From assembly GCA_031411295.1 (NCBI GenBank), contig JANOAV010000057.1:1-64000 (forward strand): a stretch of DNA of 64,000 nucleotides. Reading direction: 5' to 3'. The translations under genes and the position numbers were made by a program. The DNA is from Verrucomicrobiales bacterium (GTDB lineage: Bacteria > Verrucomicrobiota > Verrucomicrobiia > Verrucomicrobiales > V1-33). The notes below the pieces were generated by a model. It was given only the letters and a program-made list of their open reading frames with translations, did no database searches and was not told the origin of the DNA. Below are positions 35,174 through 43,377 of the stretch, one piece after another. Numbering within the stretch: position 1 is the stretch's first letter; each line of letters opens with the position of its first letter.

Positions 35174-35276
35174 GGAAATAGCAGCGCGTGGGGGATCAAT
35201 AAAATGGTATCCCGCCAGCAGAGCATCAATTTCCCAGCGGGGAAACAGGAAAGTTTCCGGGAAGGAGATCTCGCAC

Positions 35277-35350
35277 GTAGCGGCCGAGTTTTTGACGCCA
35301 GCATCCCGCAGGGGATTGGCAGGGCGCTGGCCTCGATACTCGGCCTCTAA
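35277..35350. repeat. Imperfect long hairpin beginning GTAG (decayed REP doublet or terminator)
   Basis: GGCCGAGT...GCCAGC / GCTGGC...ACTCGGCC arms between the ATPase module and gatB. Confidence 0.35.
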
Positions 35351-35378
35351 GGCTGGGAGCTCCCTTTCGAACCGACTG

Positions 35379-37895
35379 CTAGCCTTTGTTAATTGCATCG
35401 GCGGATGCCATTTTCTGTAGGAGCCTCTCGATATTTTTTCTAATTGTGATGCTTTCGGGATGGTCTCTGCCTAATGACGCTTCAGTGATCCTAAAAGCTT
35501 CCGCCATCATATGATTTGCTTCCTTCAGACGGCCTGCATCCTGAAAAACTTGTGCGAGGTTGTGGAGGCGGAGTGCGACCTTGGGATGGTCTTTACCGTA
35601 ATAAGCTTGATCAATTGCCAGGGAGCGCTGCAACATTGCCTGGACCAAAGGCGAACGATTCATCATCCTCAGAAGTCCACCAAGATTATTCAAGCCAACA
35701 GCTACACTAGGATGATCCTTTCCAAGGCAGATCTCATCGATAGCTAGCGCCCGTATCATCATTGGTTCCGCTTCTTCCAAACGGTTCGTATCTTGTAGTA
35801 AAATCGCGAGGTTATTGAGGTCCCCCGAGACTGACGGATGGTCTTTACCAAAGGTTGCCTCATCAATGGCAAGTGCTCGTCGCATCATCATTTCCGCCTC
35901 ATCAAAGCGATTGGTTTTCTGGAGCACAAGCGCAAGGTTGTTCAGGGAGCTGGCCACATTAGGATTATCCTTACCAAGGGTTGATTCGGTTATGGTAAGC
36001 GACCGACGCATCAGAAGTTCGGCCTCTGCGAGGCGATTCGTTTCAAGTAGCAACTGGGCATGCTCATTGCAGGCACAAGCAATAAGCCTATCATCGTTAA
36101 GCGTCTCCGCTTCCGAGGTTGCCTTGACGCTCTGCTTCTCTGTCTCATCCCACTTGGCGAACTTGCGAAGGAAGGCAGACAGCCGGATACGAGCCTCCAC
36201 GCGCCCCTTGCTGAGCGGCATCGTTTCCAAATGATCCCGCAGAAATTCCACGCGGAGCTTAGACCAGTTTTGAAAGTCAAGTTTCCCAGCCATTTCTTGA
36301 AGCCTCTGGGAAAATGCTTCCAGGCCGCCTTGGCGCTGCGTTTCCCAGCACTGGATTAGCTCCTGCATTTCATCGAGATAATTGAATTCAGGCTCGTCGA
36401 GTCGGTCGGTAATCCAGCGGGCGGTTGTATCCAGCGGGAGTTGCTTTAGCTCATGCTTGAGGAGTTCAGGCCGCTCTGTTTCCCCAACGCTCGTGAGCTT
36501 GGTGATGAGCTTAAATTTTTCTGATGCCTGTTCCTCTGCTAAGCCGACGGTGGAAAGGTAGCTGAGGGTTTCGGCGGCGTTTTCGTCGAATTCCCCGGCT
36601 TCCAGACGTCGCCAGTATTCTTCTTTCTTCTGGCGGCGGTATTCGTCTTGTTCGTAGAAGGCGGCAAAGAAATCTGTGAGCAGTGGAATGCGGAGGCGGG
36701 CGGCTCGGCTGATGTTCATGGCCAGCCAGAGATCGAAGAAGCCTTCACGAATCACGTAGAGCGAGGATCGGCCATCAGCGGGGTTCTCGCTGGTGGTGAG
36801 GTAGAGAGATTTGGTTAAGCGAGTTAGCAGGGCGGAGACATGCGGCTGGCTCATGCGCATGAGCTTGGCGATGTTCCCGGGCGTCTTCGGCAAGGCGGAA
36901 CGGCCCCATTGGTCGCGCATGGAGGCAATGGTCTCGATGACGGCGCGCTCCTGCGGGGAGAGATCGCTGAGGCGGTCTTGATAGAATGGTGTGATGCGGT
37001 CCAGAAGCATCATGAACTGTTGTTTCACCGCCGTGACGGATTCGGTGCTGAGCAGTTCGTATAACATTACGGTGAGCCGCGGGCTGCCACCGGTCATCGT
37101 GTAAATGGCGCGGAGTTTCGGCTGGAGGCTGGGAAATTGCTGGAGCAACGCCTCGTTTTTATCCCACTCCAGACTGCGGCGGATGAGAGCGATGGTCTCG
37201 TCCTGACTCAGCTGGTCGAGGACTTGGGTATCGAAGAAATCGTAGAAGGGTTGATCTGCCTTGGTCAGCGCTCCGAAATGCAGCGGAGAGGTGGCCATGA
37301 GCAGGCATCCATTGTCCTGCATCAGGAAGCCGCGCAGGCCTTGAATGGACTGCTCTTTGCGGATTTGCTCCTCCATGATTTGGTTCAAATTTTCCACCAT
37401 GAGCACGAACACTTGCTGGTGCTCTTGATAGTGTTTCCGCAAGGCGGGGACCACGGTATCGATGATGACGGCATCGTCCTCCTGCATTGCTAATTTCTCA
37501 TGCAGTGCGTGCCACGCAGAGCCAGTGGGGCTGGTGTCCCGCAAGACCTCGCAGATGGTTAGTAGAAAATCAGCGAATGACAGGACTCGGCGGGCTTCCT
37601 CTGGAAATCGCACAACGCGGTAGGCAGCCGTCAACGCTGGATCCCGCTGAATCTCATCCTCAATGAGGGAAAGGAAGTGCGTCTTCCCACCACCACGCGG
37701 AGCGATAAAGAGCTGATGATGACGCGCCTTGCGCCCAACGTTTCTACGCAGGACTTCCAGCGTGTCTGCCAGGATGGTATCGCGCCCCACGGTGATGGAA
37801 CGTCTGTGCTCAGGACTGGTGAGGTGAGCACGGTAAAGCCCTAGCTGCGACCGGGGTTCGCTAGTTTTGTTGGGTTCGGTGAGGAGATCAGGCAT
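35379..37895 (-). CDS. STAND-like P-loop ATPase with winged HTH and C-terminal 42-aa TPR repeats
   Basis: VGRD, APRGGGKTH (Walker A), LMVENL (Walker B), GGSPR, wHTH (TPGNIAKLMRMSQPHVSALLTRL), about five LNNLA...GKDHP repeats. Confidence 0.88.
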   Translation of the reverse strand: MPDLLTEPNKTSEPRSQLGLYRAHLTSPEHRRSITVGRDTILADTLEVLRRNVGRKARHHQLFIAPRGGGKTHFLSLIEDEIQRDPALTAAYRVVRFPEEARRVLSFADFLLTICEVLRDTSPTGSAWHALHEKLAMQEDDAVIIDTVVPALRKHYQEHQQVFVLMVENLNQIMEEQIRKEQSIQGLRGFLMQDNGCLLMATSPLHFGALTKADQPFYDFFDTQVLDQLSQDETIALIRRSLEWDKNEALLQQFPSLQPKLRAIYTMTGGSPRLTVMLYELLSTESVTAVKQQFMMLLDRITPFYQDRLSDLSPQERAVIETIASMRDQWGRSALPKTPGNIAKLMRMSQPHVSALLTRLTKSLYLTTSENPADGRSSLYVIREGFFDLWLAMNISRAARLRIPLLTDFFAAFYEQDEYRRQKKEEYWRRLEAGEFDENAAETLSYLSTVGLAEEQASEKFKLITKLTSVGETERPELLKHELKQLPLDTTARWITDRLDEPEFNYLDEMQELIQCWETQRQGGLEAFSQRLQEMAGKLDFQNWSKLRVEFLRDHLETMPLSKGRVEARIRLSAFLRKFAKWDETEKQSVKATSEAETLNDDRLIACACNEHAQLLLETNRLAEAELLMRRSLTITESTLGKDNPNVASSLNNLALVLQKTNRFDEAEMMMRRALAIDEATFGKDHPSVSGDLNNLAILLQDTNRLEEAEPMMIRALAIDEICLGKDHPSVAVGLNNLGGLLRMMNRSPLVQAMLQRSLAIDQAYYGKDHPKVALRLHNLAQVFQDAGRLKEANHMMAEAFRITEASLGRDHPESITIRKNIERLLQKMASADAINKG

Positions 37896-39120
37896 AATAT
37901 TTTTTCCACCATTGTTTCACAAGACCGCTGGCGAAATCGAAGCTGCCAGGCTTGATTTCCACGACGTAGAAATCATTCTCCAGGTCGCGCAGGAGTTGAT
38001 TGAAGAGTTGCTTGCGTTTGTCCGCAGGGGATTTGTCGCCTTCGGCCACGAGCACTCGCTCGAACTCGGCAAATAGTGGTGACCGCTCCATGGCTGCGTG
38101 GCTGACGCTGAGTTTCGCCAGAAGGGCGTAGGCGGCTGCGCGTTTGGGTGGCAGGTAATATTGCTCAATGCGGGAGTAATAATGCTGGAGCTTGTCCCGA
38201 GCGCCACTGGTGACGATGAGATCAGCAAAAGCCCGCAGCACATCCTTGGTGGTGAGTGCTCGGGCGGATCGCTTCCAGATACGATAGAGGTCCTGAGTCA
38301 CCATTTGGAGAAACACCGGAACGGGGCGGCCGAGTTCTTTGGCAACTTTGGCGGGAAGCTTTTCTTCAAACGCTACTCCTCGTCCCTTGAGCATTCGGAC
38401 CACAAACTCCATCACCTGCTCCTGATTCAGGGCCGGGAGCGGAACATCGGTGAAATCATTTATCTCGTCCAAACAGCCCATGCCGTCCAGCGTGCTAGAG
38501 AGATTCACGGAACCGCACAGCAGCCACCGAACTTGATCCTGCTTGGGATGCGGCTTCAGGCGATGTCCACGAAACCATGCCAGAAATGGACGGACTAGCT
38601 CGGGATGGTGTTTCTGCATGTTCAGAATCATGTCAGGAAACTCATCCACCAGCAGGAGCAACCGATGCTTACTCTTCCTGACTTCAGCAAAGAACTCATC
38701 GCCATATTTCTTCCAAGATGCAGTCCAGTCCTTTTCCTGATGGCGCAGAGTGAGTTTGAATCCCTCGTTTCCCAAACTCTCTACTTTCTCCAACGCCTTG
38801 CCGATCCATCCCGTTGTGGCTCGGAACATTTCCTTGAAGCGCTGGGGATACTTTTCCCGGAATAGGTCCAGCAGCAGCAAAATAAACTCCGCAGGATGGG
38901 TCGCGTCCTGAACAAAGACTGAAACAGGTGAAAAGGCTGAGGGCGGGTGAGCCACCAGAAAATCCAACACGCTCGTTTTCCCTGTCCGCCGAGGCGCTGA
39001 AAGAATTACGTGAGCCAGACGCAACTCTTCGTTCAAGTCAGCAATAAACGCCTCCCTGAACCAGAGGTCATCGGGTTCCATGGGGGCTCCAGTGTAGAAA
39101 TCAGGGGGCGGCTTGCTCAT
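37888..39120 (-). CDS. P-loop ATPase (archaeal-ATPase/STAND-like)
   Basis: APRRTGKTS, LLLVDEFP, LLCGS, C-terminal LLRDLENDFYV..F.SGLVKQWW; overlaps the next gene by 8 nt. Confidence 0.88.
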   Translation of the reverse strand: MSKPPPDFYTGAPMEPDDLWFREAFIADLNEELRLAHVILSAPRRTGKTSVLDFLVAHPPSAFSPVSVFVQDATHPAEFILLLLDLFREKYPQRFKEMFRATTGWIGKALEKVESLGNEGFKLTLRHQEKDWTASWKKYGDEFFAEVRKSKHRLLLLVDEFPDMILNMQKHHPELVRPFLAWFRGHRLKPHPKQDQVRWLLCGSVNLSSTLDGMGCLDEINDFTDVPLPALNQEQVMEFVVRMLKGRGVAFEEKLPAKVAKELGRPVPVFLQMVTQDLYRIWKRSARALTTKDVLRAFADLIVTSGARDKLQHYYSRIEQYYLPPKRAAAYALLAKLSVSHAAMERSPLFAEFERVLVAEGDKSPADKRKQLFNQLLRDLENDFYVVEIKPGSFDFASGLVKQWWKKYYA

Positions 39121-39128
39121 AATTTAGA

Positions 39129-39202
39129 AGACAGATTCGTTGTAAAACAGATTTGTTTTATAAATAACGTGAGACAGATTTGTTGCAAGACAAATTTGTT
39201 TT
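39129..39202. promoter_or_regulatory. Operator-like repeat array upstream of the ATPase pair
   Basis: Four copies of ACARATTYGTT at 39131, 39147, 39174 and 39190, forming a 31-bp direct repeat (27/31 identical) in an AT-rich patch. Confidence 0.65.
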
Positions 39203-39370
39203 GTATTTATTTCATCTAGAAACGGGCGCAGGCTGAGCAGAATCATGCTGGGCCGTCGCATGATGTTGGCTAGGGATGGGGAGGGAGTCGGCTGCGGGTG
39301 GTGCCGACTGAGGACAGGCGGCACACGTTCCTGACGGATATGGTCCCCCATCAACCAAGGGTTTGATCTC

Positions 39371-41368
39371 CTAGACGGTGGCAGCCCGCGGCCTGGGCGG
39401 GAGCATTCCTTTGCTCGTGGCCAGGACCATTTCCATGACCATGAAGATCATGGCCAGCACGACTAACAATGGCCAAATTTCGTTCTGCAGGCGATCTGCC
39501 TTCAGCTCCAATGCGCCAGACAGCACGTCCAGTTTCGCGTTGGGCAGCAACTCCTTAATCTTGGCGGCATTAATGAAATCAGGATCATCCTCGCTGGCGG
39601 GCCGATTCAGGGCGATCTTTCGCGGGCCATTTTGGTAAATCCCTGCGTTCCATCGCCAATCGTGCGGCGTGCTGGAGTCCACCGGGGTCCACGTTTCCTC
39701 CGCATCAGCGGGTTTCCAATTCCCGACCGTCTCGAGCACCGGCGGGCTGAGGCGGCGGCTCCCCTGCAGGAGCATCCGCTGGGTCATCGGCAGCAGCACG
39801 AAGCCCTCGCCCAGGCTGCTCCAGGAGGCTTCCGGTTGGGTGGCACAAGCGTAAATGTAGCCCGCCCCAAGTTTCCGGCCGCTGAGGAAAGTCAGACCAT
39901 CGGAGAAGTTAGCATACACATGAGTCGTCGGATCGTTGAGCGAGGGAATTTGCCGCCGTTGCACGTCGAGCTTCGCAATTGGCAACGGCGTTCCGTTATC
40001 GGTCTTGGCTAACGGTCCATCCAGATCATCCCAGGTGGCAACCCGATACGCCGTCTCCGCCGCTGCCGTCTCTGCCGTGTTCCAAGTGATCCCAAATGGT
40101 CCGCTGGAGGCCGTGCCCTCAGGCGGGAAGCATACTAACACGCCGCCGGATTCCACGAATTTCTGCAACTCCTTGCCCACGGCCTCACTGGGGGTGGCGG
40201 CTTGCCACAGGATCAGCGCGGCTTCCTTCCAGCGGATCGAATCCGCCCGGGCACTGGGTAAAATTTCCGCCTTGCGATCCATATTCTTGGGATCAGGCGC
40301 GGCGGCAATTTTGAGCCGGGAGGCAGCGGACGTATCCCCGATGACGAAACTATGCAACGCCACGGGCGGAGCATAAACAAAGTAAGCGGTGTGATCAGCC
40401 GGGTTCTCATCTGCCGCCAATTCCACCTTTCCCGAGCCCCCAGACGCTTGCAGGCTGGCCACATCAAACGACAAGACCTGCCGCTGCGTGGCGGAGGTTA
40501 AGGGGATATCCTGCTGGCTCTTGGTGCCGTCATCCCGGGTGATATAGAGTGGTAAATTTCCCGTTAGTCCAGTGGACTGAAGCTCCAGGGCCAGAGCCAC
40601 CTGCCCCTTCGACTTGTCTGCGGAATTCAAGCGCAGCTCGGCACTCTGCAACGCCAGCGAAGCATTCGTGTTCAGTGGGGTGGACAGATCCAGCACGCGC
40701 ACTCGAGTCTCTTGGGGCAATCCGGCAAAGCGCGCGCTCAGGTCCGTCCAGTCAGCGCTGTTAGGACGCCAATTGCTGGTCTGTAAATCACTGGCCACCC
40801 AAATCTCAGCATTTCCGGGATTGTTCTTCGTGAGGTATTCCATGGCCGCCAGAAACATGGCGGGCAAGTCTGCTGCTGAGTCCGTGGGGCCAGCCTGCGA
40901 CATATTCGCCAGCGTGGCCGCATCCTTGATTTCCAAGGGTTCCCGCAGCGCATTTTCGATCAGGACAAAGTTACTGCCTTCGCTCTGTTTGGCAGCTTGC
41001 GCCAGCAACGTCAGGGCATGGGCGCGCTTGGATTCCTGCCGATCCGTTCCCGTGGCCTCCATGCTGGAGGAACGATCCAGCAGGATAATCACCGTTTCCG
41101 GTGCCCCACCCGCGGCGGCCCCGATCCAGCCACCCGTGAGCGGCCGGGCCATCGCCCAGAGGAAGAACAAGAGTAATAACATCCGACTGGCCAACAGCAA
41201 ATACTGCCGAATCTTCGCCCGCCGGGTGGCCGCCTTATTGGCCTTCAGCAGAAACATCATGGCCGCCCACGGCACAGTTTTATAGCGTAGCCGGTTGAGC
41301 AAGTGAATGATCAACGGCAACAAAAACGCCGGCAGCGCCCAGAGCATCCATGGTTGGAGAAATGACAT
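39371..41368 (-). CDS. BatA-domain / vWA membrane protein
   Basis: MSFLQP..PLIIHLLNR...WAAMMFL (BatA), LLDRSSSM (MIDAS), C-terminal TM. Confidence 0.9.
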   Translation of the reverse strand: MSFLQPWMLWALPAFLLPLIIHLLNRLRYKTVPWAAMMFLLKANKAATRRAKIRQYLLLASRMLLLLFFLWAMARPLTGGWIGAAAGGAPETVIILLDRSSSMEATGTDRQESKRAHALTLLAQAAKQSEGSNFVLIENALREPLEIKDAATLANMSQAGPTDSAADLPAMFLAAMEYLTKNNPGNAEIWVASDLQTSNWRPNSADWTDLSARFAGLPQETRVRVLDLSTPLNTNASLALQSAELRLNSADKSKGQVALALELQSTGLTGNLPLYITRDDGTKSQQDIPLTSATQRQVLSFDVASLQASGGSGKVELAADENPADHTAYFVYAPPVALHSFVIGDTSAASRLKIAAAPDPKNMDRKAEILPSARADSIRWKEAALILWQAATPSEAVGKELQKFVESGGVLVCFPPEGTASSGPFGITWNTAETAAAETAYRVATWDDLDGPLAKTDNGTPLPIAKLDVQRRQIPSLNDPTTHVYANFSDGLTFLSGRKLGAGYIYACATQPEASWSSLGEGFVLLPMTQRMLLQGSRRLSPPVLETVGNWKPADAEETWTPVDSSTPHDWRWNAGIYQNGPRKIALNRPASEDDPDFINAAKIKELLPNAKLDVLSGALELKADRLQNEIWPLLVVLAMIFMVMEMVLATSKGMLPPRPRAATV

Positions 41369-41470
41369 AGGCGCAAGCAATCGCGGTTTTTCCAGTAATT
41401 GTAAAGGGGACTTTGTGCCGCCAACGCAAAGACGAGGAGTGATTTTTCCACGACCTGCGGCCCCTAACTG

Positions 41471-41625
41471 GGAGTGGCGCGAGTCTCTCCGCCATCGGCA
41501 ATGCACCAGCCATGAGCGCCCCCGACCACACCCAAGCGCTAGTCCTGCCAAGCGAATCGAAATGGCGGACGGAGTCACGCCACTCCAGTGGCGGAGTCGC
41601 TGGAGCGGCGTGCGTCCCGCCGCCG
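41471..41625. repeat. REP-like cluster: inverted doublet plus a third unit
   Basis: GGAGTGGCG-N8-TCCGCCAT at 41471-41495, inverted copy at 41562-41586, and GGAGCGGCGTGCGTCCCGCCGCCG at 41602-41625. Confidence 0.7.
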
Positions 41626-41676
41626 ACAGCATGCTGATCAAATTTAAAGGACTAATCCCCTCCCCTACGCACCGCC

Positions 41677-42401
41677 TTATTGAGGTTCCCCCAAGAGTTT
41701 GGACAGGGTCTCGTCAATCGCGTCAGCCCAGATTTGGTAACCTTTCGGACCAGGGTGCAGGAAATCTGGCATCATTTCCTTCGTCATCGTGCCATCCGGT
41801 TCCAGGAACTTGGCTCCGATGTCCATATAATGCACCGTCTTGCCATCGGCCATCGGCTTCAGCAGATCATTAATCTTATTGTTCAACTGACGGCCGGCAT
41901 CCTCCGGCTTCTCGCCCCGCGGGAAGATTCCCAGCAACAACACCTTCACGCCCGGGCATTTTCCCTGAAGCTTGGTAATGATGGCCTTAACGCCTGCGGC
42001 GGTATCCTCCGCTTTGTCCTTACGATGCCCGGTATTGTTCGTGCCGATCATCAGCACACGAGCTTCGGCTTCAGACCGTCGAAATTTCCATGATCCATCC
42101 GCCACAGCACATGCTCCGTGCGATCCCCGCTGATTCCGAAATTTGCCGCCTTCCGTTGGCCATAATATTTGGCCCAGACTTCCTTGCCTTTCCCATCCCA
42201 ACCTTGAGTAATGGAGTCTCCCAGAAAAACCAACTCTGCCGTGCCCTCTTTGGAAATCTTATTGAATTGCTCAATCCGACCTTCCGTCTTGGCATGCAGT
42301 TCCGGCTTGAGCGCCAGGATTTCTGGAGTGGCATCCTGAGCCAAACTGATGCTGGTAAACGAGAGAAGTGCTATGGACAGTAGGGAAATGGGTTTGATCA
42401 T
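41677..42401 (-). pseudogene. Frameshifted GDSL/SGNH hydrolase (PAF-acetylhydrolase IB-like)
   Basis: Signal peptide, [10 protein letters not shown] and NFGISGDRT in one frame; LMIGTNN and PDFLHP in another. A single-base loss near 42057 explains the split; it may be a sequencing error. Confidence 0.8.
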
Positions 42402-42544
42402 GAAGCATCAATGCTAAATTCTGCGTCCGCTGTAAATAGGATTTCCGCCGTGAGTGCGGGAGCAAACGATCCGTAGATCAATAAACAGAAGTTTCCGTGA
42501 AATGCGCGTTGATATTGCTATGCAACTCTGCCAACTTTCAATCC

Positions 42545-43267
42545 ATGGATTTTCCTGTCACTATCTGGACTCTCATTCATCAAGCGCACCTGAATGGCAA
42601 TACCGCTGCCCGCAGCGCCTTGGAAACGTTTTGTGAACAGTATCGACAGCCCGTAATCCAATTCCTGCGGCAACGTAAGGTGCTGGAGAATCGCGTTGAA
42701 GACATGGCCCATGATTTCCTGCTTCATCTCATGGAAAACGATGCCCTGCGGCGGGCCAACCCTGCCCGGGGCCGCTTCCGCACCTATCTACTAGCCGCTC
42801 TGCGAAACTTCATGGCCTCGGACATCGCGCACCAGAATGCCGGCAAGCGTGGGGGCGGAGCCAATCACCTCAGCATCGACCTCCCGGACGTGGCCGATTT
42901 CCTGGCCGACCCGGCAGATCCTGAAGTTACCTCCCATGACCAAGCCTGGGCGGTTAACCTCATCACCGTCAGTTATCAAGCACTCGAGCAGGAACTCATC
43001 GCCAAAGGCAAAAGCGAACGCCTCGCAGCGCTGAAAAGTTTCGTGCTGCCAGGCCGCGCGCTCCCGTCGATGCTGGAAGTTGCCCAGGAACTGAATCTGG
43101 AGGAAGGGGCCGTGCGCACCGAGATTTCCCGCTACCGCAAACGCTTGCGCGAACTCTTCCGTGACGAGGTCGCCCGCACCGTCGTGTCCGACACCGAGAT
43201 CGAGGACGAAATCCACTACCTCCAGCAGGTCCTTACCAACCCAAGGGTTCCCATGCCCGAAGCGTAA
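42545..43267 (+). CDS. ECF sigma factor of the Ser/Thr-kinase-associated type
   Basis: FPVTIWTLI, ALETFCEQYRQPV, RGRFRTYLL, KRGGG, C-terminal HTH; directly upstream of a kinase. Confidence 0.88.
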   Translation: MDFPVTIWTLIHQAHLNGNTAARSALETFCEQYRQPVIQFLRQRKVLENRVEDMAHDFLLHLMENDALRRANPARGRFRTYLLAALRNFMASDIAHQNAGKRGGGANHLSIDLPDVADFLADPADPEVTSHDQAWAVNLITVSYQALEQELIAKGKSERLAALKSFVLPGRALPSMLEVAQELNLEEGAVRTEISRYRKRLRELFRDEVARTVVSDTEIEDEIHYLQQVLTNPRVPMPEA

Positions 43268-43377
43268 ATATCACCCGCCGCAAGAAACTTAGTAACACTG
43301 CCAGGAAAAATCCGTATTACTAAGAGAATAACAGCTGATCACTACCACCTGCGCGCGACTTCGCTGCGCCTCGATTC

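Noticed and set aside
35174..35398. N-terminal extension of GatB (558-aa ORF call)
   Set aside because: Homology starts at MPYLVTIGLEVH (35173); the upstream part is an open intergenic stretch containing a hairpin.
39124..39354. CRISPR-like array or small ORFs in the AT-rich repeat patch
   Set aside because: Only two 31-bp units with a 12-bp gap and no cas genes; the short ORFs merely translate the DNA repeat.
41369..41641. N-terminal extension of the BatA protein
   Set aside because: It is the read-through of a REP cluster; the family-typical start is MSFLQP at 41368.
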